A program made the translations under genes and the position numbers. From the NCBI GenBank assembly GCA_963843845.1, contig CAWJMB010000002.1, positions 2,368,001-2,432,000 of the forward strand: a stretch of DNA of 64,000 nt, in the 5' to 3' direction. Of this stretch, positions 63,308 to 64,000 are shown piece by piece; within the stretch, counting starts at the first letter, position 1, and every line of letters starts with the position of its first letter. The notes under the pieces are model-generated. The model made no database searches. It saw only the letters and a list, made by a program, of their open reading frames with translations, and had not been told where the DNA came from. This stretch comes from an uncultured Gemmatimonadaceae bacterium (GTDB lineage: Bacteria; Gemmatimonadota; Gemmatimonadetes; Gemmatimonadales; Gemmatimonadaceae).

Positions 63308-64000
63308 GCTCGTTGCCCGTAATCTGACGAAGGAATTCCAGAGCGGCGGCCGCCCGCTCGCCGTACTACGCGACGTCTCGTTCGACGTTCCCCAGGGCGC
63401 GTTCGTCGCAATCGTCGGTCCGTCGGGGAGCGGGAAGACGACGCTCCTCGGCCTGCTGGCCGGGCTCGACGTGCCCTCGCGCGGCACGACGATCCTCGAC
63501 GGCGCGGACCTGGGCGCCATGACGGAAGACCAGCGCGCGCAGCTTCGCGGTCAGAAGGTCGGCTTCGTGTTCCAGAGCTTCCAGCTCATCCCGACGCTCA
63601 CCGCGCAGGAGAACGTACAGGTGCCGCTCGAGCTACGCGGAGACGCAGGCGCGGCGGCCCGGGCGCGCGAGCTCCTCGAGCGCGTCGGACTCGGCGGGCG
63701 CGGACATCACTTCCCTGCCCAACTCTCCGGCGGCGAGCAGCAGCGGGTCGCGATCGCGCGCGCCTTCGTGAACGCGCCGCGCATCCTGTTCGCCGACGAG
63801 CCGACCGGGAACCTCGACGCGTCGACGGGCGCGCGGATCGTCGAGCTGCTCGAGGCCCTGAACCGCGAGTCCGGCACGACCATCGTGCTCGTGACGCACG
63901 ACCTCGGGCTCGCGGCGCGTACCGGCCGCATCATCCGGCTCGCCGACGGCGTCGTCGTGGAGGACACCCGCGCCCCGGTGCCGGACGAGCCGCTCGGAGC
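63306..64000 (+). CDS. ABC transporter ATP-binding protein (YbbA/LolD-like), runs off window end
   Basis: Manual translation MLVARNLTKEF..., GPSGSGKT, LSGGEQQRVAIARA, FADEPTGNLD, VTHD. Confidence 0.93.
   Translation, partial: MLVARNLTKEFQSGGRPLAVLRDVSFDVPQGAFVAIVGPSGSGKTTLLGLLAGLDVPSRGTTILDGADLGAMTEDQRAQLRGQKVGFVFQSFQLIPTLTAQENVQVPLELRGDAGAAARARELLERVGLGGRGHHFPAQLSGGEQQRVAIARAFVNAPRILFADEPTGNLDASTGARIVELLEALNRESGTTIVLVTHDLGLAARTGRIIRLADGVVVEDTRAPVPDEPLG

Overview
High-GC bacterial chromosomal window. Gene content and protein style suggest Gemmatimonadota (inference). In order it contains: the 5' part of hppA; a tonB-exbB-exbD-exbD-tonB2 cluster; four two-component genes, including a degenerate NtrC-like regulator, behind a peroxiredoxin; tRNA-Ala; trxC; an alternative complex III operon (actABCDEF) with a perfect Rex/CRP-type palindrome upstream; a tightly coupled six-gene operon (peptide-family solute-binding protein, heparinase II/III-like lyase, TrmJ-like methyltransferase, class III aminotransferase, two amidohydrolases) with divergent ABC permeases and a GH38; housekeeping genes (sodA, speA, peptidases, hemQ); a PEP-CTERM protein and an orphan wHTH-like gene next to tRNA-Pro; a SusC/SusD starch-type utilisation locus with an NrtR-family regulator and matching GT-N7-AC operators; an 8-tRNA cluster; an EF-P with Asn at the loop tip; and tesA/ybbA. 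No CRISPR array, rRNA, integrase or transposase was seen. Many single-base frameshifts, including in efp and speA and very dense in susC/susD, most likely reflect long-read assembly errors. The octamer CGTTAGGC recurs 10 times and carries most of the rare TTA codons I found. All calls come from reading the sequence by eye; no database search was run.
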